64,000 nucleotides of DNA from the NCBI RefSeq assembly GCF_009914755.1, contig NC_060939.1; one strand, given 5' to 3'. The DNA is from the human T2T-CHM13v2.0 reference genome, Homo sapiens. Both the position numbers and the translations under genes were made by a program. Of this stretch, positions 11,940 through 26,612 are shown piece after piece. Position 1 is the stretch's first letter, and each line of letters begins with the position of its first letter. A model generated the notes under the pieces. That model saw only the letters and a list, made by a program, of their open reading frames with translations. It was not told the origin of the DNA and ran no database searches.

Positions 11940-12240
11940 AATTCAATGGGATAAGGGAGACAGAGAGTGTGGGGAATTGGAAGGTCACTGATTTTTAGAG
12001 AGTACTGTTTAATCACGTGACCTTTGAGAAAAAACCTAAATAAATGAAGAAGCTAACCAAGTGGTTATCTGCAGGGAAAACATTCTAAGCAGAGGGGACA
12101 TTAGGAGCAAAGGCCATGAGGTAGAGGCATGCTTGGCAGTTTTGAAGAAGAGCAGGGCTGCGTGGATGGAGCAGAGTAGGCAGAGAAGATAATGCAGTCT
12201 CAGAGCTGAGTGGGAGCCAGCTGATGAGTGTTAGGCCTTT
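11940..12240 (-). mobile_element. L2 continuation
   Basis: gtgacctttgag...aacattctaagcagagggga...gcaaaggccatgagg...gcatgcttggc. Confidence 0.7.
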
Positions 12241-13119
12241 ATTGGAGATGTTGTCTGGAAATTGAGGAGAATGGAGAGTGAGCCATGTAAACCATTCTTC
12301 AGAACAAGCATTGCCTGTGAACCAGGCAAAATAATTTACTCAAGTGCTAACTTAAAAAAAAAAAAAGTGTCAAAGAGAAATGTGCTTGGAAGAATGTGCA
12401 GTTGGAATGCTAACTGCTGCAACCATCTCTGAGGAGAACAGGGAACCCTCCAGCCTTTCCAGTTAATCATGGATCGTTATCTACAGTCTGTTTCCCTTTT
12501 CATCAAAGTAGTCAGCTCCTGCTGTCAGGAGAAAAGAATATATATCTATGATTTTACATTCATAGTTAAAAAAAATCATTCTTTCTAGAAAATATTAACT
12601 TTTTCCAAGGGTCTGATCTAGAAGCCATCAGCTGAATCCCAGGAGTGGATTTCAGCTGGCTGATGAACACATCATGCCTACGTGAGATTGGGGAGTGAAA
12701 TGATGATGTGGCATCACAGCCCCAGGCTTAAAATAAACTGTCCTAAGCAAAAGAAAAGTAAGGAGTAGGAAAGTACTGATTCGAATAGATAGAGAAATAC
12801 CACCCTCACTCTGTCCTTTCTGAGGTCCTGGTGTTTCCTGATGAAATTCTCAATATCTCCTGGTGCCATTAGAATGGGAGGAACTGTTGGGAGTGTTAAG
12901 TGCTGAGATATTTATAACTGCAGCTTAAGTGATCATTCCAAAACTATCTAGAATAAGTAGAATTTTTAACCCACTCTGAATCTTAATGCCTTGAACCCTT
13001 CACACAGAAAAGAAGGTTCATATATATGAAATTATTTTAGATTTAGAGACCTCTCATGTCAGTCAGTGGATTCAGGTTATGTTTTTTAACAATACCAAAG
13101 GATCAAAAATAGAGTTAGG

Positions 13120-13477
<358 letters not shown>

Positions 13478-14118
13478 TTAGAAGACAAAGGTCTGTTTTC
13501 ACTTCCATCTTGCCACTGAGCAATTGTATGATTGTGGACAGATTGTATTCTCCCAGAACCTTCCCATCTATAATATAGGGATAATTATAATTCTCTGTCT
13601 CTAAATTTTTCTGAGTATTAAAGTTGAGATGTGACTGAGTACTTTTTTTAACTATAAAATTATAAATAAATATAGCTCTGTAGGATTGAAAGAATCTGTC
13701 TGTCGTGATTCTCATACACAGTTTCAATGAGGCACTTGTTATTCCAGAAAAAATTACTCAGAGTAAACTCTATAGCTATAGGGCTTCAGAGGGCACTGCT
13801 TTCAGACTTGTGATATTCCTTGTGCCTTCTGGGAAGGTCAGTTTCCCCAATAGTGAGCTCATTTTTAGTTTGCCTCCCACCCCTTTCCCTCCTTTCACCT
13901 GCAGATCTGAGAGATCACCACAGTGCCAGACACTTTTGAGCTACTCCAACTCTGGGCCTTTAAATTCAGTGAAATCATTCCATGTCTTCCCTAGCACATC
14001 CTTTACCCTGTGTTTTTTTTTTTCCTTTTTTTCTTTTTTGTTTGTTTGTTTGTTTGTTTTCAATAAAATCCAAAAGGAAGGCCTTTAGCCTGATACAGCC
14101 CAGTGCTTTAGGTTCCTG

Positions 14119-14381
14119 TGTTAGCAGACTGGAGACTAATATAAACAGTACAAGGAAACTAGAGACCCAACTAGTGGAAACCAACAACTAATCTCTAACT
14201 AGTCTTTTCTCTCTAAACCAATCACATCCATCTCCTTTGTCTTCTTTCCGCCTAAAAGTTCGTTGCCTGCACTGCAGCAGGGCAGTCTGAATTCCTCTGA
14301 TTGTGAGTGCCACTAGATTCATGAGTTGTTCTTTGCTCAAATAAGCTCTATTAAATTTGTCTGAAGTTATTCTTTGTAACA
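14119..14381 (+). mobile_element. Short solo ERV1-type LTR (MER34/MER39-group-like)
   Basis: TGTTA...TAACA termini; ccaatca; catgagttgttctttgctcaaataagctct U5-type end; possible 4-bp TSD cctg/actg. Confidence 0.55.
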
Positions 14382-14666
14382 ACTGCTAATCAGCTAAGAA
14401 GTAATGGGCAATAACATCTTGTTCTGTAGTTTTCAAGAAACACTATTAAGATGTTCTGAGTGAATAAGTTCTGCAAATCTGTCTTACCTCCTTAAGCAGG
14501 AAATTTTAACAAGTGTTTATTGTTAAAGTGTTTCAAATGGTTATTGTTTTAAAAATGTACTACCATTACTCACTTTAGCATAGTATTCTGAACATAGTTT
14601 AACCTTTTTTAAAATCTAAAATTATTATGAGCAACAGTTATCTTAGTGCAGTGATTACTAAAATAA

Positions 14667-15018
<352 letters not shown>

Positions 15019-15251
15019 CTCAAATTACTTTTAAGACATCTAATATGTTTGCTTCTTTGCTTAGAGTTACCTGTATCTTCCCTGTTGATTTCCTTTTAAT
15101 GTAAGCCCTCATCTATCTATACTTTAATCCCTATTATAGGGCTCCCCAAATTTAGAGATTTCACTGAAAAGTCTTCAGTTTTTTTGCCACATCCATTTAA
15201 TCTCCGTTATTATACACAATTCTTTTTTAAAAAAACGATGGATTAGTTGGA

Positions 15252-16189
<938 letters not shown>

Positions 16190-16274
16190 CTTGGATTTTT
16201 TTTACTTAAAATTATTTTAAAAGGAAATCTTATCACTACTGTGTTATCAGTATAGCTGCCATTTATATTTTAGT

Positions 16275-18010
16275 GCACATTTAAATAAATATCTGAGGAC
16301 TTCTGCTTCTGGCCAAGATAAAGTAAAAAGGAATAGATTTACACTCCTGTGTGAAACAATCAAATAACAATGGATAAAATATATGTAATAATGGTTCTCA
16401 AGATACTGTATGTCAAGTAGTGAAGGACAGTGATTCCTGAGGGGTGGGGAAAAACAAGGTAGGGCCTATGGGTGCTCCGGCTTACTCTTTGGAGAGTTTC
16501 CAGGCCACTATGCAGGGAGGGAGACCAAGGAAGATCATGGTATGCTCCCTGTGTTGAGGATATGAAACTGAGAGTCTGAGAAGACCAAGGTGGCTGAAGT
16601 TCTCAGGACAGAAGTCTTGAAAAGAGAAAGCCACATGGAAGAGAACACTAGAGATCTGCAGAGGATCTCTTTTGAGAATTCAGTTAAGTATTGGTCAGTG
16701 CAATGTTGTACTGGATGTTCTAACTAGCAAAATATGGCAAGAAGAAAAGGTCATCTTGGAAGGAAAAGAAGTAAAACTCTTTTGTTTGCAGACAACATAA
16801 ATATCTATGTAGAAAATCTAGTGGAAAAAGCTCCTTGAATGAAGAAGTGAGTTTAGCAAAGTTATATAATAAAATATCAATATACAAAAATCCAATTACG
16901 TTTTTGTATACTAGCAATGACTATTTGGAAATTGATATAAAAAGTTAAAGCCATTTAAAATAACATCAAAAATGTGCACTTCGGAATAAAGCTGAAACAA
17001 GTATGCATAATTTAAACCCTGAAAACTAGGTTTCAGTTGGCTGATAAAAACTACAAAATATTGCTAAAGGAAATTAAAGAAGACCTAAATAAATAGGTAA
17101 ATATACTGTATTTATGGGTTGGAAGACTATTTATTAAGATATCAATTTATCCATATTAATCTGTACAGTCAACACAATTCCAAGTCAAATTTCAGTAGAC
17201 TTTTTTGTAGAAATTGACAAACTGATTCTAAAATCCATATGGAAATAAAAAATGATCTAAAATGATAAAATGGTTTTGAAAAAGATAAACATAAGGGACC
17301 AACACTAACAGATTGTAAGGCTTATTATAAAGCTGCAGTAATCAAAACTGTGGTATTGGAGTAAAAAGATCAATGGAACAGAATAGAACGTGCAGAAGTA
17401 GATCTGCTCATGTATGGACACTTGATTTCCAATACAAGAGTAATTACAATTTAACAAAGAAAGTACAGTTTTTTTCAACAAATGGTGCTGGAATAAATGC
17501 CTAGCCACATGCAAAAAAAAATTTTGATTTATACCTCATAGCATACACAAGAAATTAACTCAATATTGGATCAGAGACCTAAATATAAAACCTAAAACTA
17601 TAAAACTTCAAGAAGAAAATGTAAGAGAAAACGTTTGTCTCCTTGAGTTAGGCAAAGATTTCTCAGATATGATACCAAAAGCATGACCCATAAAGGAACT
17701 AATTGATAAAATAATAAAGCTGAGTTAAAGAAGCCACAGCAAAAAGAATCTGTATTGCATGATTATATTTCACAAACATGTCTAAGGAAATTTATCTGTT
17801 GTGATAGAAAACAAATCAGTGGTTACCTGAGGATGGACAAGTGTGGGGGTGGCACAAGGAAACATTTGGGAGTGATCAATATGTATGTTCTCATCTCGAT
17901 TATGGTGATGGTTTCATAGGTGTATACACATATGCCTAAATTTATTAGGCTATACCTTTTAAATATGGCCATTTTATTATGTCAATTATACCTAAAACAG
18001 CTATTAAAAT
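16275..18010 (+). mobile_element. Old L1M with 5'UTR-like, ORF2 and 3'UTR pieces, internally deleted
   Basis: gaggacttctgcttctggccaagat 5'-end-like start; ORF2-like tttgcagacaacat...gaaattgacaaactgattctaaaat...ttcaacaaatggtgctgg; 3'UTR ...atgtcaattatacct. Confidence 0.75.
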
Positions 18011-18899
18011 ATTAAATATATAACTGTTATGAAATGTTTGTACCCATATCACTAAAAGTCATCTTGTGCATTACCATCAGGAACCCTGTTGCTACCTATG
18101 TCAGATTTAGAGTTTCCCAAAGGAAGAGTAACACAAAGACTTAGTTTAAAAATTCTGGTTTTGCTAACCTTATTACATAGGTGAGTTTGGGTTGACAAAC
18201 TCATGGGTTACGTTAATGTCTCCTAGTAAGTGTTAGGACTCCATGATACCAGTTTTTCATGTAGCTCAAGGTTTTTCCTTTCAAAGGGAAAATGGAGGCT
18301 TGGAAGGCCATGGAATAGTGTCAGGAGACCAAGGGTTTTTGGCTTGGCAGTACCGGAGTTTTGTCTCCATTTGTTCCATGTGTCTAAGAAGGTCACTTAA
18401 TATCATCTCTGGGCCACATGTGGAAAACAAGAAGCTTAAATTTAATCCCTAAAACTTTTTCCATGACTGTCCTTTTGTCTCCGGGCTGTAGCTGTGTTGT
18501 AGAGGGCTGAGATGACTGGAAGTTCAATTACCAGATGATAGCACAAGGTAATGGGAGAAGAGTTACATGACTTTAAATAAAATTCACATAAAGCCAATTC
18601 AAATTTAGAAACAGAATGATTATAGTGAAATTCTATGGTGACATAGTAAGAGCCGAAGAAAAGAATTGCTTATCTCTTTCTCTATTTTTATAAAAAGAGT
18701 TTTAAAAGCACATCTTTTCATCTAAGAATGGTCCCAGGTTTCTATCTTAAGTAAATTTTTATATATTTTTTTCTTACAGCATTAAAAAAAGAAGTTAATA
18801 CTGTCAGAGCTCTCCCTAACTCTGGCAGAGAACTGATGACTGTATAATTGATGACAACTTGCAATCCTACTATGGGTTTTGTGATTCCACTGAAGTATA

Positions 18900-19232
<333 letters not shown>

Positions 19233-20214
19233 TAAGGTAAACCAAATTACCTTAGAATATCAGGGACAGCTTTAGAGTGATGGTAAAAATTAAAATCTAA
19301 ATTAAAATCCAAACCTCACATACTTGATACTTCCAACAAATGGACACCTATTTGCAGCCAGTGTTGAAAATTAGAGTAGGCTCTTCTGAAAGAACATAGC
19401 CATGTCCCTCCAAATAACAATTGAGACTATTGATCAAAATTTCTAGTCATTTCAGACTACAGCACTTGTTTTAATGACCTGCTGGGCATCCATAATCACA
19501 GTGCAGGCACTAGAAAGCTGGAACTAACTAGAGATATATAAAAACCCACGGGTAATAAAAGTGTTCAAAGTAATAGTGCTTTATTCTCTGTTTTTTGTTT
19601 TTTGTTTTTTGTTTTTCCTAGTAAAAATCTGCTCCTCTCTTGAAAGGATGAATGCATGGTGTATCTTAGAAGCTAGATATGAGATATGGAATCTTTTCTA
19701 TGTCCTGTCATTTCCTTCATAATGCCTTTTCCCTTTCACCAAATCTGTCATTGGAAAACAAGTGGTCCCAGATTCACTGGATCTCTCTGAAAGAAATGGG
19801 AGCTACTACACCCAGAAAATTATGATTAATAATAATTTAGTGTGAATTAACTTGGTGTGGTATTAAGAAATTCAGTGGCATTTCTATAATACACAGTAAA
19901 ATCTGTGGTTCTATGGGGTCATTGTTTGGGACAGGAGAGTTTCTGAGTCCCTTCCATCTTGTTGCATAAATGCTTCCATACTGTTTCCTGGAAGTCTCCA
20001 CTCTTTGCCCTGTTTTTCTTCCATTAAAATCTCGTTCATTTGATGTAGCTCAATAATAATTTTTCCAGTCAGAATAATTTCAAACTGCATCCTAAGTGAT
20101 ACACCTAACACATATATTTAGGTATAAGGCTGAAATATTTGCCTCATTCCTTACAGAGAATTTGTTAATTTGCTCTTCCTTTACTTCATTTAACAAATAC
20201 TGATTGTGCTTCAT

Positions 20215-20445
20215 GAGCTCTAGAGCCAACCAGAATGCTTGGGTTTAAATAGAGCTAATGTCAGTTACTAGCAGTATGACCCTGGAAAAGTTACCTAACA
20301 TCTCTCTTCCTCTCCTTCCTCATCTGTAAAATGGAGACATTAGTACTTCATCATAGGGATGGTATAAGGATTTAATGACTTAATATATAAAACTCTCAGA
20401 ACAGAACCATACACACATAAGTACTGCATATGTCGGCTATTTTTA
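20215..20445 (+). mobile_element. MIR
   Basis: aagttacctaacatctct...ttcctcatctgtaaaatggag core. Confidence 0.8.
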
Positions 20446-20459
20446 TTACTGTTGCTACT

Positions 20460-20560
20460 ATAGGTTGAGCATGCCTAATCCAAAAATTTTAAATCCAGAA
20501 TACTCCAAAGTCCAAAATTTCTTGAGCACCCACATGATACCACAAGTGGAAAATTCTACT
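20460..20560. mobile_element. Tigger4/MER46 fragment
   Basis: taggttgagcatgcctaatccaaaaat...tccaaaatttcttgagcacc...gtggaaaatt. Confidence 0.7.
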
Positions 20561-20678
20561 TAATCTGTATTACTGTGAGCCAGGCAACAGGAATTCGAAG
20601 GTGTACAAGAGAACTTCAACTGTGAAGCCAGTACATATGTGATTTCATGAAACCAGGCCACCTTGACTCAAGAGTACA

Positions 20679-20744
<66 letters not shown>
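20679..20744. repeat. (CA)n(GA)n compound microsatellite
   Basis: Directly visible. Confidence 0.95.
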
Positions 20745-20752
<8 letters not shown>

Positions 20753-23429
20753 TGCTATGCCAGACCAGATCAACAGTGATGAATTCTATGGGAGGACTCA
20801 CGGAGAGCTTTTAAGAGGAGTGAATATTTAGGTAGCATCCTGATGAGAGTTGTCCTGTAGAGGATGGAAGAGGCATTTGTGGTAGAGGAAACAACATGAT
20901 TACAGAAATTAGATCCCTTCTGTGGCTGCCCTTGTTCTTAGCCAAGCAGTTGCTGCAGCTACCCTGTTGATCTGCTCTTCAAGGATACGGGATAGGAGGG
21001 CTGGAGCAAGGGACCAGGGCATCCATGGGCATCATCTACCATGCTTCATTCTCCCCACCTCTTCCAGAGCAGACCTAGATGAGGCTTACCTTTTTTTTTT
21101 TTCTACACAGTATAAACACAGAGTGGTTCAGCCATAGTCATTTATCTAAGCCTGCTTCTCCCATGCAGAAGGGAATCATGTTCATTAGGAGCAATACAGC
21201 CAGGAATATTGATAACAGCTTTGTTCTGTAAAGCTGAAGGCACTTTTTGTGGATTTGATTTTATTTCATCATCAGAGAATGCTCCTTGAGATTTTGCAGG
21301 TGCAGGATAACATCTCTGTGAGGCAGAGGCACTTTTGTTTATTTGTTCGTCCTTCATGACTCTACAGGGCATGTTGGTGCATGTGGTTAAGCCCAGAGAA
21401 GAGACATTCGCAGATGTGGGCCCCACCACCAATTCAGTATGCCAAGATGTATTAGATATAAAGACAGAGAAATATTACCCAGTGGTTCCCAGTAGTTCTG
21501 CTGCTTGAAGGGCCTTTGTCTGATTGTTTTAAAATGTGAATGCTATTTTCATAGCCAGTATTGTGTGGGGCTGTAGTATAAATAAGGTGCTACAATGAAT
21601 TTTAACTGCATTTAAGCAGAGATTGCTATTACCAAAAGATGCGGAAAAGAAAGTGGAATTGAGATCATTATAAAAAAATGTGGATCTAGAGATAAAGCCT
21701 AATAGAAAAACAGATTTGGTAACTGCCTGGAGTAAATTGAAATTTGGTCTCAATGCTAATGTGGTAGAATATATTCAAGAATAAAATACTGACTTAATCT
21801 TGGTTATTACTACGTGGAGATAAACTCCTCATCCATGGAAGATGAAATAACCTTGGAAGTTCTCATGCCATTACTGTGTAGTGTACAACAACAACAGCAA
21901 CAACACAACAACAGGAAATTAACTAAATGGGGTCTCTTGTTGGAGAATGACCTTTTGTCAGCTTCAGAACAGTTGACTCATTTCAGAAATCAGCATAATA
22001 CAAGAGTATTTCATTTGTTAAACATCACTGGAAAAATTTTTGTGTGTGCACATATATGTATGTGGTCCCATAAGTGTTTTCATTATAACCGGGTCATGTC
22101 CCTTAATCACAAATCAAATTTCTACTAATTTCAAATCAAGTTTCTAATAATTTCTAAGACAAATCAGGTTTCTAATAATTTAACTGCTCTTAGATTAGTA
22201 CACTATCAAAATAGTCCTTTATTGTTGTCAAACCTGCTCTGAACTCCTTAACCAGGGCAGTCACTAGGCCAGAAACTAAGCAAATAACAGGGGCTTGCAT
22301 ACATCAGCCTCATACCCTGCATACAGCATATAAAAATAAATGTTAGAAAGTTTAATTTCAAACAGTAACTTGAACATGGGGTCAAATACTTGAATATCTT
22401 TGAAATTGGATACTCAAGGTATTCTGTTAGCAGGGGCTTATTTTCACATGCATTGTTTCACATGCATTGAAACATGCATTGTTTCAAATGACAGCAGCAA
22501 ACCACAGACGCTTCAGTCATTTCTCTGTCCCTTTCTACCAGCCGTCTCCATATACCTGGGCTTTCCACTTGAACACGATTTTGATGTTTGTTTTCGTGCG
22601 GAGGAGACAAAAATCCAGATGTTTCCAATGCAAAAGCTTGTTCTCATCTTTATTATTAAAAATGGTAAAGCTTCATTTGTATTTTATTAAAATGATTGGA
22701 TAACTAGTATTTTTAAAAGAACTGTAGCTGTTTTGGCTTTAGCTATTGAGCTTAAGACAGATGTTGTGGGTTCAAATTGTTTGAACGTTAGTGAAAGTAC
22801 GACTGTTAAGGAAAACAGTATTATGAGTGGCTTCTTTATCTTAACTCATGAGGCCAGTCTGTTTGTAAGGTTTTCTGTGCCTGTTCAGAGGTGGAACTAT
22901 ATCATATGTATGACATGCTGGTTTGCTTGTATGATAACTTTCATTGCCAAACTCCTGAAGTGTTCTATATTGGCTACAGTCAGGGTCAGAATCAAGGTCA
23001 GACATTTTTGTTGGATTGATATTAGCAGTTCAGCCTGACTCTTCATTAAATACCCTGCCCGGCTGTCAAGCTAAGCAGCCTCTTATCTCTCATGAATACC
23101 CAATGTTTTCTTGTCTCTGTTTCTCTGCATATCGCCTTCTTCCTAAAGAAAATGTTCTTTCTCCTCATTTCTATGTGTTTATATCATATCTATCCTTAAA
23201 GGGTCAATTCAAATGTCAAAATTCTTTGAAGAATTCTGTAAGTATGCCATGATCATCTTCCCTATCTCTGGATAGATAAAGGTGTGTATTACTGTTTTTA
23301 CCACTACTTATTGTAAACTATTAATTGAGTTCTAAAGGTTAATCTAGCACTATAATAAGCAGTTTAGTGCATCGTCTCATTTTGTGATGCTTTTGTTTCT
23401 ATTTTAACAATAGTGATGATAAATATTAA

Positions 23430-23590
23430 ATCTGTGTTCTTTAATATGAAAATTCCCTCATGTATATTATCTCATTTAATCTGCAGAACAACCCCATAAG
23501 GTAGGTGCTATTGTTATTCCTGATTCAGCTAAGAGGTAATCCTTAGAGAGGGCATAACAATTATCCAAGGTCAGGTGGCTAGTTTTAGAC
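23430..23590 (-). mobile_element. MIR
   Basis: atattatctcatttaatc...aacaaccccataaggtaggtgctattgttatt. Confidence 0.7.
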
Positions 23591-25999
23591 CTTCTTCCTA
23601 ACCAATAGGCTAGACTGTCCCTCAAACCTGCACCTCCTTTACCATATCACTTGCCACTTGCCACTTGGTTGTGTAATTACCTATGACCTGAATTACTGTA
23701 CTTGTTCCTTGAGGGCTAAATTTATGTTTGAGTCTTCCTGGTGTTCTAACCATGACTCAAATCAGTGCCTCACACAAAAGTAAGGGTGTTTCAGAACTAT
23801 CTGGTGAACAACTGAAAATTTAGAACCTTTCATATATTCTTTTATAGCTCTGATATGGAAGATTTCTTGAGAGGAAAGTACTATGTTTAACTGTCATCCA
23901 AATAAAATGGAAAATATAGCTTTGACCAAAAGAAATGATGTGTTCTAAGAGAATAAAATTAAAAGAGGATTTTAAAATCTGTTATCCAGTAGATCTGAAA
24001 ATAAATAAGAACTGTCCTCTTACTGAAGGAGTAAATGCCTTTAAACTTTCACAGTCATCGTATATTGCACATAAATGTGGAAACTGGAAATCTGTTTCCC
24101 ACTGAAAGTAAAGAAATTGTGTTTGAATAAAAGAAAAATTAATATTAGTGAAACAATGACTACTAAAAATGATATTTTAGTAATGAACACAAAGTGAATA
24201 ACATTATCTTTTTATCGTTTTATTTTTATTATATTTCTTTACATTTATAGTGTACCAAACAGTTGAATAATGGACTGATTTCCATCAAGATGTTTGTCAT
24301 TGAATTGACAAAGACTCAATATTAAAGTAGGAGAAAGTGTTGAAGATAAGATGTCTTATCTAGAGACGAATAACCTTTTTTATCTTTAACAAGCTGTCTT
24401 ATCTTTACTACCCTGCCTTGGAAACTCAAGAGAGTAGCAGCCTTGAATACACACTGTTATTTCCTCCTTCATGGCCTGAGACTGATTCAGAGAGGAAATG
24501 CCCCATCAGAAGGATGGATGTAGTTCGGGCTAATGAGGCAGCAGGTAGACCCATGAGGAGCTGACCTTGAATGGATGAAGAACTTTCTATTCTGGATCAA
24601 TTATCGTAATTATTCTAACTCCATCCTCAATTGTACATTGGATGCTAAAGAGAGCTAGTTAGAATTCTTTTAGCCACCTCCAGTTCATGAGATAAAAAGA
24701 GATAGGGGTGAAGGCTTTAGTTGATTGACAGTTTTTAATGGTAGTTTTGAGGGTCGAATTGAATAGTATACACTGCAAGACTTTTTGAACATTAAGTATA
24801 CTCCCAGTATTGGATATATTATGCTAATAGACTCAGTCACCCAAGAGGGTTTATCTCCTTGCTTCCTGCCTATGCAGTTAACATCATGTAGATACAACAA
24901 GGCTGATAGAATTTCATGAAACGGTTGTTGAATGTGCACAGTTTGGATACTGGGACCTTAATATCTAACATGTGATCCTCTATACAAATGTTTATTTAAC
25001 TGTACACAGATGTCGTAAGAGGTACTATTAGGGTTTTGATTTGTTTTCATTTTCAAATGGTAGTTTATTTTGTGTGTGTGTGTGTATGTATGTATGTAAA
25101 TTTGAATCTCATTCAAATTCTATTCATAAAGAAATCTTAAGGATTAACCTTTATAGGCTACCCCAAGGGCCTCACAAAAGATCCTGAGTTTTATGATGGT
25201 GAATTACACTGACATTTCCTAAAGAGTTACGTGTTTTGTCTTTGTAATGGAGGCCTTAGATTTCTTTAGAACTGCATTCTATTTAGAAGACCACCCACTC
25301 GTGCCCTCCCCAATTCATAATGAGAGCAAATTCAAGGGCTGCCTAGAGCCAATGAAATAAAAATCAAATTATTTTTCCTGGCATTCATGGTAGAACATGA
25401 TTTTTCTTACACTTTTCCCTATACCGTATGCTTCTAACAAAGAGTTGCACATTCCTTGCTTTCTACCTGGATACCTTTCCACATGCCGTTCCATTGGGAA
25501 TGTGTCAACTAAGGTCATACGTTACCTTCTTCCTGAAGAATTCTATGATTTCATCCAGACGAATTGACCTCCTCATCCTCTAAACTTTAATACCGTGTTA
25601 CATCTCCTTGTAACCCTTATCATAATATTTTAAATTTTAATATCTGATCTTCCCAGCTTGAAGATAAACTGCTGGAGCCTGGGGAATATATTAATCTCAT
25701 CTTTGAGTCCACCACAGCTCCTGGGGCAATGCCTAAAAATGGTAGTGAGTAAACATTTATCCAGAAAGAATGAATGCACTGTCCTTTTCCTAAAGGCAAC
25801 AGTGAAGCTGAATTTGTATCATTTGTATAAAACACTGAGTAAGGTTTTAAAGACTGTTACATGCAGAATCTTTTCCTTTTTTATTGAAAGCATTAACTTA
25901 GAGACGAGATGTGCAGGCAATTATGAAGAATATATCTTAAGATGAGTTTCAAGATTTTGAAAGATATGTTTCCTAAAAAAACAGAACTCAAAATATTAT

Positions 26000-26612
26000 T
26001 TAGTTCTTTTCTGTGGAATTCTTAAGTCATCCCCACTTATAAGCTCTCTCATTCTCTCTCTCTCTCTACATATATATATGTATAGAATGAGAGTGTATAT
26101 GTATACATATATATATGGAATGAGAGAGTGTGTATATATATATGGAATGAAAGAACTTATATATATGGAATGAGAAAGCCTCTCTCTCTCTCTCTATATA
26201 TATATACACACATACATATATATGGAATTAGAGCTTATAAGTGGAGATGACAAGAATTATATATATATATGGAATGAGAGAGAGCTTATATATATATATA
26301 TACACACATGCATATATATGGAATGAAAGAGCTTATATATGGAATGTGAAAGCTTATATATATATATATGGAATATATATATATGGAATGAGAGAGCATA
26401 TACATATACCTATATATATGGAACAAGAGAGAGTTTTTAAGTAGAGGTGACTTAAGAATTCCACAGAAAAAGAACTAAGTTATATATATATATGGATATT
26501 ATTTATATATATATACACACATATATGAAAGGAGTGTGTGTATGTGTACATATATATATATATACACACATATATATGTATATATACACATATGTACATA
26601 TATACACACATA
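26000..26612. repeat. Complex (TA)n/(CT)n-interspersed minisatellite inside a ~55-bp inverted repeat
   Basis: Repeated tatatatggaatgagagagc unit; arms at 26000-26054 and 26420-26478 are reverse complements; TA/CA-rich tail to 26612. Confidence 0.9.

Noticed and set aside
21814-22128. ORF with a polyQ run
   Set aside because: It comes from a short (CAA)n repeat, starts at GTG and has no other support
26060-26420. Repeat-spacer appearance resembling a CRISPR array
   Set aside because: The spacers are TA/CT microsatellites, the DNA is eukaryotic and there are no cas genes
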